Virus record (IMG/VR): IMGVR_UViG_3300030397_000219
Location: 1 to 37,412 of that record
Source: a virus
Lineage: Duplodnaviria > Caudoviricetes
DNA length: 37,412 bases
Direction: 5' to 3' (one strand)
Shown: positions 15,801 through 24,771 of the stretch, in pieces
Numbering within the stretch: the first letter of the stretch is position 1
How the letters are laid out: every line of letters begins with the position of its first letter
The notes under the pieces: generated by a model
Database searches by the model: none
The model's input: only the letters and a program-made list of their open reading frames with translations
Told to the model about the DNA's origin: nothing
Translations under genes and position numbers: made by a program

Positions 15801-18731
15801 CATCACTGCCTTGCCAACTGCGTCTCTGACTTTCTTAGGTACAAACATTGCCTGCGCCGTCGCCTCGAACGGAGTCCCTTTGAACCTACTGGCGTCCACA
15901 ACGCCTGCATCAGCCAACCGATCAATTCCACCTGGCAACATCGTATCTGTTGCAGCAAACTGAAGTAGCTCCAACTCGTCCTGCTTTAGTGCCACATTTA
16001 GTTCCTTGCTGAACTTTTCAAGCGCTTTAACATTCTCCTTCCCAACACCGCTTTCCAGCAGACGCCACTTCATGAAACTTCGTGCGCCTTGAAACATATC
16101 TGTCACCCACTCTAACGCAACCTCCGCATACCTTCTCACTGCCTGCGGCAAGTACCTAAGCTCGGCCTTGTTCGATTTAATTTTTAAACTGGACCCAATA
16201 AGCATATTCAAGTTGGCGATTGATTCATCAAACGAAGACGCATTTTGACGAATCGCTGGGGAAAGTTCCTGATACGTCTTTTTGTCAAGAAACGTCTCGG
16301 CTAGTTGGTCTAGGATTTCGGCACGTTGTGCAGGTGTAGCAGTGTCGAAAAAGTCTCGGACGTCTTGGTAGGCTTTGGACGTAGCAGGATCTAGTTGACC
16401 GCGCTGGAATGCGTCGTCGAAATGGTGACCCATGACTTCGTGCATCACTACAGCGTCGCGGACTTTTTGAGTACCGATGTCGTTGAGGAAGACTTCGCGG
16501 ACTCCTTTGTTAAGTCGGGCCAGGCCACGGTATTCGGTGGAGTTGATGATGTCACCGAGTGCGATAGTGTCGCCCGTCAGTTTCTTGAACAAGCGGATAG
16601 TTGCTTGGGCAGCATCGGACAGGCCACGTGCTGCGGCTGGTGTATGACCGAGACGTTGGAAGAGGTTGCGTTGGGTTTGCTGGAGTCGTAACGGACTAAA
16701 GCCGTCTTGAATCGGCTGAAATTCTCCATCATCAATAGGCAGACCGTTCTCAATTTGTTCTAGTCGTTCAAAACTCGTCCCTTCCTCCAGCGCCTCACGG
16801 CCGTCACGACTTTGAAATAGATCCATGTCTTCAGTCAACGTAATGCCGCGACGTGCTAATTCACGTTGGTTATCCATCTCAGCACGTTCGGCAATCTTTT
16901 TGAAGACTTGTTTTGGATGCACCGGGCTACCTGCACGGACTGTCTCCATGTATTCAAACAACCCACGCTCTGCCATCTTACCACTATCACCGATCCAACT
17001 ACGTTGCTCTGCACGTCTTAGGAAATCATTATACGCACCCATAACAGCCTCTAGCTGCTTTTGCGGCAACTTGGCAACAGCATCAAGTGTAGCTTCTCGA
17101 CCAACCGCTTCCGCGTCGAAGTCCTCTGGGACAAGACCTTGCTCTTCCAGCAGTTTTTCTCCGTGCTTCTTGAGGTTGCTTTTGCGGCCGACTTGTTTTT
17201 TTCCTGTTTTTTCTGTCTTCTTTCGTCTTGTGTATCGCTCAGTTGCTTTCTTAAGACGACTCCGAAGCCCTTCAAGACTACCGACTCCTGCTTGTTGATA
17301 AGTGTCATACCATTCTCTCCATTGTTGTTGAAAGTCTGCAAGTAGTTCTGAATCCCCCGCACGCTTCAAAATTCGAGTGTGCATCAGATCTACTACCTGA
17401 CGCAAGTTTGGATCATTGTTAGCCAGTGCCTCCAAACCAAGTGCCATTGCCTTATCGTCGTCTCCGAGCTTACTGTTATCGCCAATGTCACGCAGTCGCT
17501 GTGACAATTTAAACTTCTCGCTTTGCAAAACACGCGTCGCAGCAACATCTGGACTAAATCCTTCTTCTACAAGGGTTTGTGACTTAGCTGTTGTTTGACC
17601 TTTATTGAAGTCGGGAAGGTCAATAACATCACGTCCTGTATTTAGCACACTAACTTGTTCCTTGTACTCTGTAGCATCCTTCGGAACGTAAGGAATAATT
17701 TCGTAAAGCGGTTTGGTCAATGACTGCTCTACACGAGTCTGAAACGACTTACCAAACTCTGCATCACCTGGACGAAGTGGCGGTAGCCCGGATGGAATTG
17801 AAAACGGGCCGGCAGCTTGTCCTGGGCCTGGTAAGACTGTCGGAGGACTAATTGGGTCGAGCGGTTGGGAGTCTGCGATCGCTTCTGGCAACAGTTCTAA
17901 TTCTACAACAGGCTCTTCTAATGAACGACCAACCTCAAGTCTTTCCAGAGGTTCTATCGGACTGTTATCAACTGCTTTATGTACCGACTCTTTCCGAACC
18001 TTACTTGCTACTTGATCCTTTACGGAGGCAACCGCATCGAACGGAACAAAGGCAGCGTTAGCTACAGCTCGTGTTTGCCAGTATTCAGAAGTCAGCACTT
18101 CGTTCAACTCCCGTTCTGGTGCCAACGCAATATCTCCGACGTCTGCTGCAACGTCAGCACCGAAGCCGGCGCCAACATTAGTCGCAAACCTTGTTGGCAC
18201 CCCTGTGATCGCACGTTGCGTCAGCGCATTACCTAAGCCATTATTCAGCAGAGCCGTGCTGCCCTTGTTAATAATCGCAGGAAACGCAGCCGTCAAGCCG
18301 CCAGCCAGCGCAGCACGTGGGCCAGAACCGGTCTGACTAAACGCATCTAGTGCTGCACTACCGCCACCAACTGCAAGTCCTACTGGACCAGCAAATAGTG
18401 GTAACGTATTCGCAACACCTCGTGGCAGCGATCGTCCAACTTCACGTCCAAGCTCTTCATTACCTACCATTTTCCCAATAAACCCACCAACGTCCGCTCC
18501 GACGTCATTGGCTCCAGACTGTTCCAGTCCATAGTTTATTGCCTCGTTTAGATCCAACAAACTTGCCATCAGCGGGTTTTGATCACCCAACTTGAACAGT
18601 TCTGTCCCTGTCACTTGATTCCCTAACTTGGAGAAATCACGGAACGACAGATCCGACAGCCCCGGCACTTGCCGAGACTGTTGGTAGATTTCCTGAACTT
18701 CAGGATATGAGAATGGTAGTAGTTGGCTCAT
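12744..18731 (-). CDS. Large internal virion / DNA ejection protein (polyvalent type, 1995 aa)
   Basis: Last and largest gene of the structural arm. Gly/Ala-rich hydrophobic N-terminal segments and an HEVMGH zincin-like motif. Confidence 0.7.
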   Translation of the reverse strand: MSQLLPFSYPEVQEIYQQSRQVPGLSDLSFRDFSKLGNQVTGTELFKLGDQNPLMASLLDLNEAINYGLEQSGANDVGADVGGFIGKMVGNEELGREVGRSLPRGVANTLPLFAGPVGLAVGGGSAALDAFSQTGSGPRAALAGGLTAAFPAIINKGSTALLNNGLGNALTQRAITGVPTRFATNVGAGFGADVAADVGDIALAPERELNEVLTSEYWQTRAVANAAFVPFDAVASVKDQVASKVRKESVHKAVDNSPIEPLERLEVGRSLEEPVVELELLPEAIADSQPLDPISPPTVLPGPGQAAGPFSIPSGLPPLRPGDAEFGKSFQTRVEQSLTKPLYEIIPYVPKDATEYKEQVSVLNTGRDVIDLPDFNKGQTTAKSQTLVEEGFSPDVAATRVLQSEKFKLSQRLRDIGDNSKLGDDDKAMALGLEALANNDPNLRQVVDLMHTRILKRAGDSELLADFQQQWREWYDTYQQAGVGSLEGLRSRLKKATERYTRRKKTEKTGKKQVGRKSNLKKHGEKLLEEQGLVPEDFDAEAVGREATLDAVAKLPQKQLEAVMGAYNDFLRRAEQRSWIGDSGKMAERGLFEYMETVRAGSPVHPKQVFKKIAERAEMDNQRELARRGITLTEDMDLFQSRDGREALEEGTSFERLEQIENGLPIDDGEFQPIQDGFSPLRLQQTQRNLFQRLGHTPAAARGLSDAAQATIRLFKKLTGDTIALGDIINSTEYRGLARLNKGVREVFLNDIGTQKVRDAVVMHEVMGHHFDDAFQRGQLDPATSKAYQDVRDFFDTATPAQRAEILDQLAETFLDKKTYQELSPAIRQNASSFDESIANLNMLIGSSLKIKSNKAELRYLPQAVRRYAEVALEWVTDMFQGARSFMKWRLLESGVGKENVKALEKFSKELNVALKQDELELLQFAATDTMLPGGIDRLADAGVVDASRFKGTPFEATAQAMFVPKKVRDAVGKAVMPQINKLNAYPSLKKVQYQPYKEQATEHLYQRELNAILFGDTSSGQLRVPRDGGPIGRIAKNQEGEQQLNDLLLRMNEEGVNFLSLPETDSGRYQTELAKFPKEVRADVPEAIARLQEATQYMNRAQEVTFVEKTVENYGTLLRRAGYKGTQDELRELSKQAVEMYRQARVAGDIGQFVQFARTHGLDMEVAETFLGSSFDTLAQMQQYWDANPHYVNERRWGRYHVSFSDGKENGRYSSDNLEDAIAFAKEARDSGMKLFYEDNGVRDMRSRQTGRRSSYERYVDMLDTAFDRTALPKYQKLLADGKIDQEAYDGLVGNLEAVKSSVSAEVNELGLADVSAKRKFAAGREYMNMVQQHLTWLQKLSRRLPRAVTDAVMEMERHNPEIANNAEHLRLFEESQQGLRNFRVPDTKTGQLITTANFLKFLGFNTRNMLVELTQFPFNLSPMLSSKGATLAQSYELPSRAAEWIANKNVTGRYDTGVSVDGKDMGELLVDYMDKRGMVGLGQYQELADNANMVQMDLSNMDFSNNPLPLKKRWWTKPIGAYTHLATKLYGLSAGFNEKVSVMSAFELIRKQDYGGKSDLTKAEFDAIIERAVLIGKSASGGFGRANRPVGWFSTEGGWRSVSQATYSLNGYNSSHLTNLWNYIKVGLSKDLEGFTPTEKKAARRAAIQAFSTMTAAVGVIGAVPFAGALMRLIEDNSELELEKNTREFFASLGDEDSGPIYADFAMHGSAYAAGVPMDFSSYIAPGGLLGANSYDGWSPQALMGPAFNHGKDLVDATVSAFKGDWTKATESALPNGLKRLYSLYLNEGNVTDKEGNVLIKPNTSEQIAVAAGFPPRRLTMLKERQRLHRTATRIQQERNERIYKEAAELHTKQGPGAARRYLMKHANETVGFDQRVGTSKVAQKLHQQQHGLDPRRIGSVQGGLNDRAIAQTFDFSGFSSQTEPERVMEMMQLMLSMGVPPRDLAGQLKQALLVESLQQNSGLPYQTARALNSRFGSREPGKQQFVQGFLPF
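16175..16189. repeat. ATTWAATWATTWAAT motif, copy 4 (13/15, intragenic)
   Basis: TTCG-ATTTAATTTTTAAAC, with the same left flank as the 20318 copy. Confidence 0.65.
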
Positions 18732-19783
18732 GGAAACAATGGAAGCGGTTGCTGTCTCTTGGCGGCATCCTGTGCCTGTTGTCGTTGCTGTTGTTGTTGC
18801 TGTAACTTCTGTGGGTCAGACCCGAACAACCAATTACTGATTACATGCCCAATGTCGACACCTTGTGCAAACCCTTGCTTCCCAAGATGTTCCGGGACAC
18901 CCTGAGTCCGCATTGGGTCCTGCACCTGGCCAAGCGTGAAGTCATTACCGGTATCAAACAAACCACTAAATTGCGGAATTGATACCTGCGGAACTCCACC
19001 TGTATTTGGTGCGAACGGGATCGGAACCTGGCCTGCTGGCGGAATTGGCACCGGAACCGAAGTAGTCGGCGTCGCGGGCAAACGAATACTAACTTCTCGT
19101 GGAGGCTGTGCTGCGGCGTTGTTCACTTGTGTCCCGCCGCCTTGTTGAAACACGTCACTACCGAACGGGCCTGCGTTAGCAAACACATCTCCGCCTTGGT
19201 TTTGTGGCGGTAACGGATCATTCGGGTTTGCGTCATTAAGCAACTGATGATAAATTGCTTCGTCACTAAGCGGTGCCTGACTTGGAACTGGCGCAGGTAC
19301 GGGTGCAGGGCTAGGTACAGCTGCAACTGGGACTTCTGCTGCCGTTGGTGCTGCTGCCTCCCCTTGTCCCTGCAACATAGCCTCGACACCTCTTCTCACT
19401 TTATCTAACAAGTCAGCTTCAAATTGTCTTTGCTGTTGCGCTTGTTGCGCCTGCACAGTTGCATTACCATTCAACACCGTCGGATTAGCCACTCCACCAT
19501 TTCCACCATACCCAAGGTAATTTCCTTGTGCGTCAAATGCTCCTGGATTAAGTTCCCTATTATTATCCAACCCTGTAGGAACCCTGTCGAACGGCCCAAT
19601 GACATTACCTGCCATATCCTTCCGTACAATGTTACTACCCGACGTACCAGTAATTGCATCACGCAACATCTGTTGTTTACCGAGCATCTGGTTAATTACT
19701 GCCTGATTTAAGTCAAAACTATTCGTCTCGAACATTACAGGCTGCGGCCCGAACGGACCAAAATATCCTTGTCCTGGTGGCAT
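18728..19783 (-). CDS. Q/P-rich putative internal virion protein (351 aa)
   Basis: Low-complexity sequence upstream of the giant ejection-type gene, with ATGA overlap. Confidence 0.6.
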   Translation of the reverse strand: MPPGQGYFGPFGPQPVMFETNSFDLNQAVINQMLGKQQMLRDAITGTSGSNIVRKDMAGNVIGPFDRVPTGLDNNRELNPGAFDAQGNYLGYGGNGGVANPTVLNGNATVQAQQAQQQRQFEADLLDKVRRGVEAMLQGQGEAAAPTAAEVPVAAVPSPAPVPAPVPSQAPLSDEAIYHQLLNDANPNDPLPPQNQGGDVFANAGPFGSDVFQQGGGTQVNNAAAQPPREVSIRLPATPTTSVPVPIPPAGQVPIPFAPNTGGVPQVSIPQFSGLFDTGNDFTLGQVQDPMRTQGVPEHLGKQGFAQGVDIGHVISNWLFGSDPQKLQQQQQQRQQAQDAAKRQQPLPLFP

Positions 19784-19795
19784 TATCTTATTTGG

Positions 19796-20311
19796 TTAAT
19801 GGTTAATTCCATCTGCAACTCCTCGTTGCTGTCTGTTTCTCATAATCTGTTCAAAGAACTGACCAGCTTCGGGACTTGGTGCCCCCTGACCCATTCCTTG
19901 CTGTCCAAGTAGTTGCTGAAACATAGCCATATTCTGTTCAATCTCCGCAGCCCGCATTACGTCAACCGGGATACGCGCCAGCGCGGCCTGTGCCAACGCA
20001 TCTTGGTACCCGGCCGTCTGCGCATTACGGTCAGCGTCTAATCGTCTCTGCGCATCTTGATGTGCTACCTGCGCCCCTAACTGCTCCCTGCTAAAAGCTA
20101 ACTGGTCCTGTCCTAACTGTGCCCCTGCCATTCTTGCGTCAGTTAGACTTTGTGAGTCCTGCATCCGCATCATCGTCTCCAACTGCCTCAACGGCATAAG
20201 ATCCTGTCTTTGTGCAATATCCGCTAACTGCGCAACCTGTCCCAACTCATTTCCTTGAGACATAGACGCAACCAGCGCAAGCACATTTCTTAACTGTTCT
20301 GGATTCTGCAT
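19796..20311 (-). CDS. Q/A/M-rich putative internal virion protein (171 aa)
   Basis: Helical Q-rich sequence. First of three ejection-type genes. Confidence 0.6.
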   Translation of the reverse strand: MQNPEQLRNVLALVASMSQGNELGQVAQLADIAQRQDLMPLRQLETMMRMQDSQSLTDARMAGAQLGQDQLAFSREQLGAQVAHQDAQRRLDADRNAQTAGYQDALAQAALARIPVDVMRAAEIEQNMAMFQQLLGQQGMGQGAPSPEAGQFFEQIMRNRQQRGVADGINH

Positions 20312-20317
20312 TGTTCG

Positions 20318-20332
20318 ATTTAATTATTTAAT
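20318..20332. repeat. ATTWAATWATTWAAT motif, copy 5
   Basis: ATTTAATTATTTAAT in a 25-bp intergenic gap. Confidence 0.9.
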
Positions 20333-20336
20333 TTGT

Positions 20337-21497
20337 CTAGGAGGCTACCTTAGTAGGAAAAGTGTCATCAGGTTCTGGCAAAGAGCCATATGGGCCATGA
20401 TAACAGAGATACTTTAGATTAGCGACTTCAAGTGTTCCGTATTCAAATGCAGGTAGTTTCTGCGTATCTGACCAAGGTGCAACTTTGTCTGCTGGCGATG
20501 CCCAGTCCCACGATGCGGGCGTTAGCGTGACGTTGCCATCAACTGTCTTGGCCCAATCCCAATCAAACTCAAAAATGTCTCCAGCGTGCCCTGAAGCAAC
20601 CTCAGGACGGAACTGCATGATGGTCTCTTCCCAGGTATCTATGTGATCTTCGTCAGTACAGCTTGCGCCTGCTGAAGTATCTGGATGCGTTACTGTACGT
20701 GTTGCAGTTTTTACTGACGTTGTTTCAGCCCATGGAAGAGTTGCCAGGTACGTTGTTGCGTCTGACTCTAACGTAGATTTGGTCCACTCATCTTTAAGTT
20801 CGATTGTCCATGTGATGTCTGTTCGTTCATCTTCGTAAACCTTGCCCGCCCAAAACTCTGCGACAACAGTGGACGAGTCGATATTCCTGCCGCCCGTATC
20901 AGGGGCAAAAAAGGGGTCAGAGAGGTAAAGGCTGGTTCCTCCAAAAGTGCCTGACTCTGAGTTGCCAAATTCGTCAGTTCCATTCCAGTCCCACTCACCA
21001 TCACCGTCGGGCGAGCCGCTTCCAGAATAAACCCCAGGGTCTTGCCATTCCCAGAAAGTGCCGTTCCAAAGCGACTTGTAACGTTCAACTCGCCATGAGT
21101 AAGTTCCGGATGATGACGTAAACTCTCCGCCACCGGGCGGGCCTGTAAACGGATCGTATTCTTTTAGCTGCGTTAAGTCTGCAGTGAACCTTTCGTAGTA
21201 TTCAGTCTTACTGCCACCAGCATCTGTTCCTGGCGTTGGTGCACCTGCCAAAGTATCGACGTCAACAACAAGCTTAAATTCGAGTGTTCGAAATTTGCCA
21301 AAGCGCGCACCGCAGTCAGTTGGGATTGGGGGGTTGCCCAACTCTGTGCTAGTATATTTGTAAGCATAAAAGGCGATGGCTGTTTTGTATCGAAAAGTGT
21401 ATTCGGGAATTGGACATGACGGCATATCGCAACAACAGCCGAGCAGCTTGTTCCACTCTGCAAGTGTTGTAGGTGTTGGTCCATAAGGGTTGCTCAT
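20337..21497 (-). CDS. Putative tail/structural protein (386 aa)
   Basis: T/G/W/D-rich beta-type sequence in the tail cluster. N-terminal GCCC motif. Confidence 0.6.
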   Translation of the reverse strand: MSNPYGPTPTTLAEWNKLLGCCCDMPSCPIPEYTFRYKTAIAFYAYKYTSTELGNPPIPTDCGARFGKFRTLEFKLVVDVDTLAGAPTPGTDAGGSKTEYYERFTADLTQLKEYDPFTGPPGGGEFTSSSGTYSWRVERYKSLWNGTFWEWQDPGVYSGSGSPDGDGEWDWNGTDEFGNSESGTFGGTSLYLSDPFFAPDTGGRNIDSSTVVAEFWAGKVYEDERTDITWTIELKDEWTKSTLESDATTYLATLPWAETTSVKTATRTVTHPDTSAGASCTDEDHIDTWEETIMQFRPEVASGHAGDIFEFDWDWAKTVDGNVTLTPASWDWASPADKVAPWSDTQKLPAFEYGTLEVANLKYLCYHGPYGSLPEPDDTFPTKVAS

Positions 21498-22102
21498 CCT
21501 CTTCCAATGTCATAATTGCCAGGACAATAGCCTACAATAACGTTTCCTATTTGCGAAGGTGCAAACTCATTATTGTTCCAAGTACCCAATAATAAATAAA
21601 ACTTTTTGCTTGTATGACTTGCTGCTGTCGGTAGTGTGTTTGCAGGCAATGAGCTGCCACTACCAGTAGTAACTGCAGTTACTTCAAACCCTGGAAGCAA
21701 TACACCTGCGTCAACTTCACCATCCCCTGTAATCTCTAACCAGTAATGCGTTCCGTCCGACGGCTCACTTCCAACAGTCCCAATTGTAATATCTGCAACA
21801 TCTTCATTACCGCCGTTTCCGCCTGCCACTTGGCCGCCCTGCAACATCCAGTTGCCGCTGTCCTGATATACTCGAAAGAATGCACTATAAGCTGTTGCCG
21901 TGGCTTCGACCGGATTCTCAAAGCGGTTTGTTGCGTTAAGTTGAAACGGTCGGACGACAATTGGCCCGCCCAATTGCATCTGGCCGCCAGTGCGATTAGG
22001 CTCAGGCTCACGAATTTTAAGCTTCCGCCGAGCCTCCAGTCCACGGGAACCGTAATCAAGCTTGCTGCGGCCCAGACCGCGCTTGCCGTAGTCTAGTCTC
22101 AT
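21494..22102 (-). CDS. Putative tail/structural protein (202 aa)
   Basis: Translationally coupled gene in the tail cluster. Confidence 0.6.
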   Translation of the reverse strand: MRLDYGKRGLGRSKLDYGSRGLEARRKLKIREPEPNRTGGQMQLGGPIVVRPFQLNATNRFENPVEATATAYSAFFRVYQDSGNWMLQGGQVAGGNGGNEDVADITIGTVGSEPSDGTHYWLEITGDGEVDAGVLLPGFEVTAVTTGSGSSLPANTLPTAASHTSKKFYLLLGTWNNNEFAPSQIGNVIVGYCPGNYDIGRG

Positions 22103-23760
22103 TCTGGATTATAGTAAGTTTTAGTCAGCACCAAGTAACCGCCACGCATTGGTTGAACGAAAGTGCGTGTAATTGTAGCTGGCCAGTCCGTCGGAACAGT
22201 TGCAGGGTAGGTAGAACTTCTGCTCTTCGCTACAATTGTAGGATGGTTTGTAATATTTTCAGTCATTGTAAACGCCTCATGCAACGTAGGTCCAAGTTTG
22301 AAGTCTTGAATAATTCCGTCATGATTAATCGCTTTCGGAATCATTTTATCATTGACAATATCACCATCCACGACAGTCAACTTAAACACTCCGTTAATTC
22401 TAACCTTAGTTGCATCACTGTAAGCTTCTTTAATATCAACGCTTGTAGCATACTTCAGAAAGTAGTCCGGGTCACTTCCACCATCACCCTCGACCGGGTC
22501 AAAGAATGGCGTTTGTGCGTTACTTGCAACCGGCGGCCAGTAAAAGTTCTCACTACTATAATACTGTGGGATAGTAGAACTGAACGTCTCCGTAATCTTC
22601 AACCACCACCCGCAACGAATCTCTTGGAACCTGATGTGTGTTACAGTCCCTGCATTGATCGTTGTACTTGGAGTCCCCAACACCTGAACAGGCTCCTGCG
22701 TCACTGTAACATACTGCCGCAAGTTCTCGTCCCATTCCTGTTCCTCCAGTGTATTCAACGACGTAGCTGTAATCGTCACCTTCTCTTCATGCCACTCATC
22801 GTAGGGTTCTACTCGACTTTCCCAGATGTTCGTCCCTGAGTCCGCCGCTGTGCCGATCGGCACCAACTTACGAGTTTCCACAGCATCACAAACAAGTTCA
22901 TTAAGATTACGAATTCGAGTAGTTCGTTCACGAAATCGAGGCGTTGCAACACTTGGTTCCTCTGTAACTGAGTTAACCGCTAATGCCACGTCAAGCGTAA
23001 AAGAAGGCTGTCCTGTCGTGCCGTTATTTGTCCAAGAACCAACTACGAGGTCAGGCGTGGCTACGTTTTCATAACTAAACCATTCTTTAGTATCCGCAAC
23101 ATAATCACCGTTAACAAACCGACGAACCATCCAATACGAACTATCTTCCCATGACACAGACCACCATGTTCCTGCCGCAGGTGGTAACTCATTGCCGTCA
23201 CTTGTCCATTTCGGCTTTCCCCCAAAATCGTTGACGCGAAAAAGTCGCAACCCGTTAATGTCAGGATCTAGTGTGCCGCTGATTTGAATTACGTGATTCG
23301 CAAGTGTCGTAGTCCAGTTACTGTGGTCCCACGGATCATCAGTGCTATTTCCTGCGTTGAACAGCTCGACACCGTCCTGCGACAAAATCCAGTTCCCGCC
23401 AGCATTACTGATCTTGTATTCTGTAAGGCTGCTTACTTTTCGGTAGTCGTTGTCGCTTACTCGAAAATAGGTACCGCTAGCCGTTCCCGCACCGCTAACA
23501 ACAGCCGCACTGCGGTTATCAATGTCTGCAGGAAACAGAACCTTCAGCCTGCTTTTAGTCGTATTGCGCTCATTCTCGGTCAGCGCAAAGTAACCATATC
23601 CAGCATTTACATGAGTCCCATTGGCCACCTCAAAGTCCAACAACACCATGTGTTGGTCTAGTCGGTCATTAAATACACGACTCTGTAGCACTGGTCCTCG
23701 GCCTGACAGTTTCGCCACACGACGAATCTCATTCTTGACGCTATTGATATAAGTTTGCAT
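22099..23760 (-). CDS. Putative tail protein (553 aa)
   Basis: Follows the adaptor-like gene. Beta-rich. Confidence 0.6.
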   Translation of the reverse strand: MQTYINSVKNEIRRVAKLSGRGPVLQSRVFNDRLDQHMVLLDFEVANGTHVNAGYGYFALTENERNTTKSRLKVLFPADIDNRSAAVVSGAGTASGTYFRVSDNDYRKVSSLTEYKISNAGGNWILSQDGVELFNAGNSTDDPWDHSNWTTTLANHVIQISGTLDPDINGLRLFRVNDFGGKPKWTSDGNELPPAAGTWWSVSWEDSSYWMVRRFVNGDYVADTKEWFSYENVATPDLVVGSWTNNGTTGQPSFTLDVALAVNSVTEEPSVATPRFRERTTRIRNLNELVCDAVETRKLVPIGTAADSGTNIWESRVEPYDEWHEEKVTITATSLNTLEEQEWDENLRQYVTVTQEPVQVLGTPSTTINAGTVTHIRFQEIRCGWWLKITETFSSTIPQYYSSENFYWPPVASNAQTPFFDPVEGDGGSDPDYFLKYATSVDIKEAYSDATKVRINGVFKLTVVDGDIVNDKMIPKAINHDGIIQDFKLGPTLHEAFTMTENITNHPTIVAKSRSSTYPATVPTDWPATITRTFVQPMRGGYLVLTKTYYNPE

Positions 23761-24509
23761 TAATCCAAAATCACATTTCTGTTCGCCTCAACCTGGGCCA
23801 CATCCCAGTCAATCAACCTCCTCAACGCATCATCCCGTTCCCGCTTGGGCGGATCAAGGTTACCTTCCTGCCGCGGAACAAACGTCTTAAACAAGTGGTT
23901 CAACTCCACCACCGTCGCCCATTGCATATACTCAAATCCATAAGTAACAAACTCTGATGTATTCGTGACCGCAGTAACCTTCGTTGCCCACACATTAGCA
24001 TCAATCACTACATTAGTAGCCTCTGTCTGGTTCGTCGGATACACAAACAGTTTATCTCCATAAACAAGAAAGCGTCCTTCCACAGGACCATTCGCTTCCC
24101 CGTATCCGGCAGCATCGCCTAGTTCAATCAAACGATCTGCCAACCTCCCACGACTTTCATGACGTGCCGGAACCAACGCATCGTCAGCGCCTCTGCACCA
24201 AACACGCTCAATCACCTTTACATCATGCGTAGTCCCTCCACCATAAACAGTCAGCCCAGTCATACTGAGCCCACCATCCCCCGAAGGGATCGTCCCTTCC
24301 AATGACTTAGACATGAATCCAAAGTCATGTCCCATCTCCGCCCTACGTATCGCATTATTCACAGCCTGAAGAAACAACATGTCGAACGTAGCCGTCACGT
24401 TAGCTGAATCTCCTTGGGCAAACAACGGATGCTCTTCGACTGCCGGAAAGTCACTTTGTAGGAAGGACTTTACCACAGTCTTTAGCTCAGATACTGTAAC
24501 AGGTGTCAT
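23760..24509 (-). CDS. Putative head-tail adaptor / tail tubular protein A-like
   Basis: TVSELKTVV N-terminus, QAVNNAIRR helix and LFVYP. Position and size downstream of the capsid gene fit. Confidence 0.6.
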   Translation of the reverse strand: MTPVTVSELKTVVKSFLQSDFPAVEEHPLFAQGDSANVTATFDMLFLQAVNNAIRRAEMGHDFGFMSKSLEGTIPSGDGGLSMTGLTVYGGGTTHDVKVIERVWCRGADDALVPARHESRGRLADRLIELGDAAGYGEANGPVEGRFLVYGDKLFVYPTNQTEATNVVIDANVWATKVTAVTNTSEFVTYGFEYMQWATVVELNHLFKTFVPRQEGNLDPPKRERDDALRRLIDWDVAQVEANRNVILD

Positions 24510-24521
24510 TGGAAGGAACGA

Positions 24522-24536
24522 ATTTAATTATTAAAT
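24522..24536. repeat. ATTWAATWATTWAAT motif, copy 6
   Basis: ATTTAAT-T-ATTAAAT, a perfect inverted repeat around the central base. Confidence 0.9.
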
Positions 24537-24543
24537 CAGACTG

Positions 24544-24741
24544 TTATGCCTGACCGCGTGCACCCAGCTTGCCGAACTTAGTACTGCCGGAGTCATACTC
24601 CTTCTGCTCATTCGTGCCGCTGATGTGGTCTGGGTTCTCTTTGGCCATGGTGTCAAGGTGCTTGGTGTCCCTGACATCCTTGGCTTCAGAACCGTTGAAT
24701 GCGTGGTCCTTAAAAGAACCGCCTCGTAGGTTTCCACTCAT
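24544..24741 (-). CDS. Small hypothetical protein (65 aa) after the capsid gene
   Basis: AAAGGA upstream of ATG. Fills the intergenic gap. Confidence 0.6.
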   Translation of the reverse strand: MSGNLRGGSFKDHAFNGSEAKDVRDTKHLDTMAKENPDHISGTNEQKEYDSGSTKFGKLGARGQA

Positions 24742-24771
24742 GTTATTGTGTTTCCTTTCTATCAGTTAGGG

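Noticed and set aside
12744-18731. Virion RNA polymerase
   Set aside because: No DxDGD or T7-type polymerase motifs were found in the translation.
18770-18805. CAG/CAA-type triplet run as a regulatory repeat
   Set aside because: Explained by poly-glutamine coding in the 351-aa protein.
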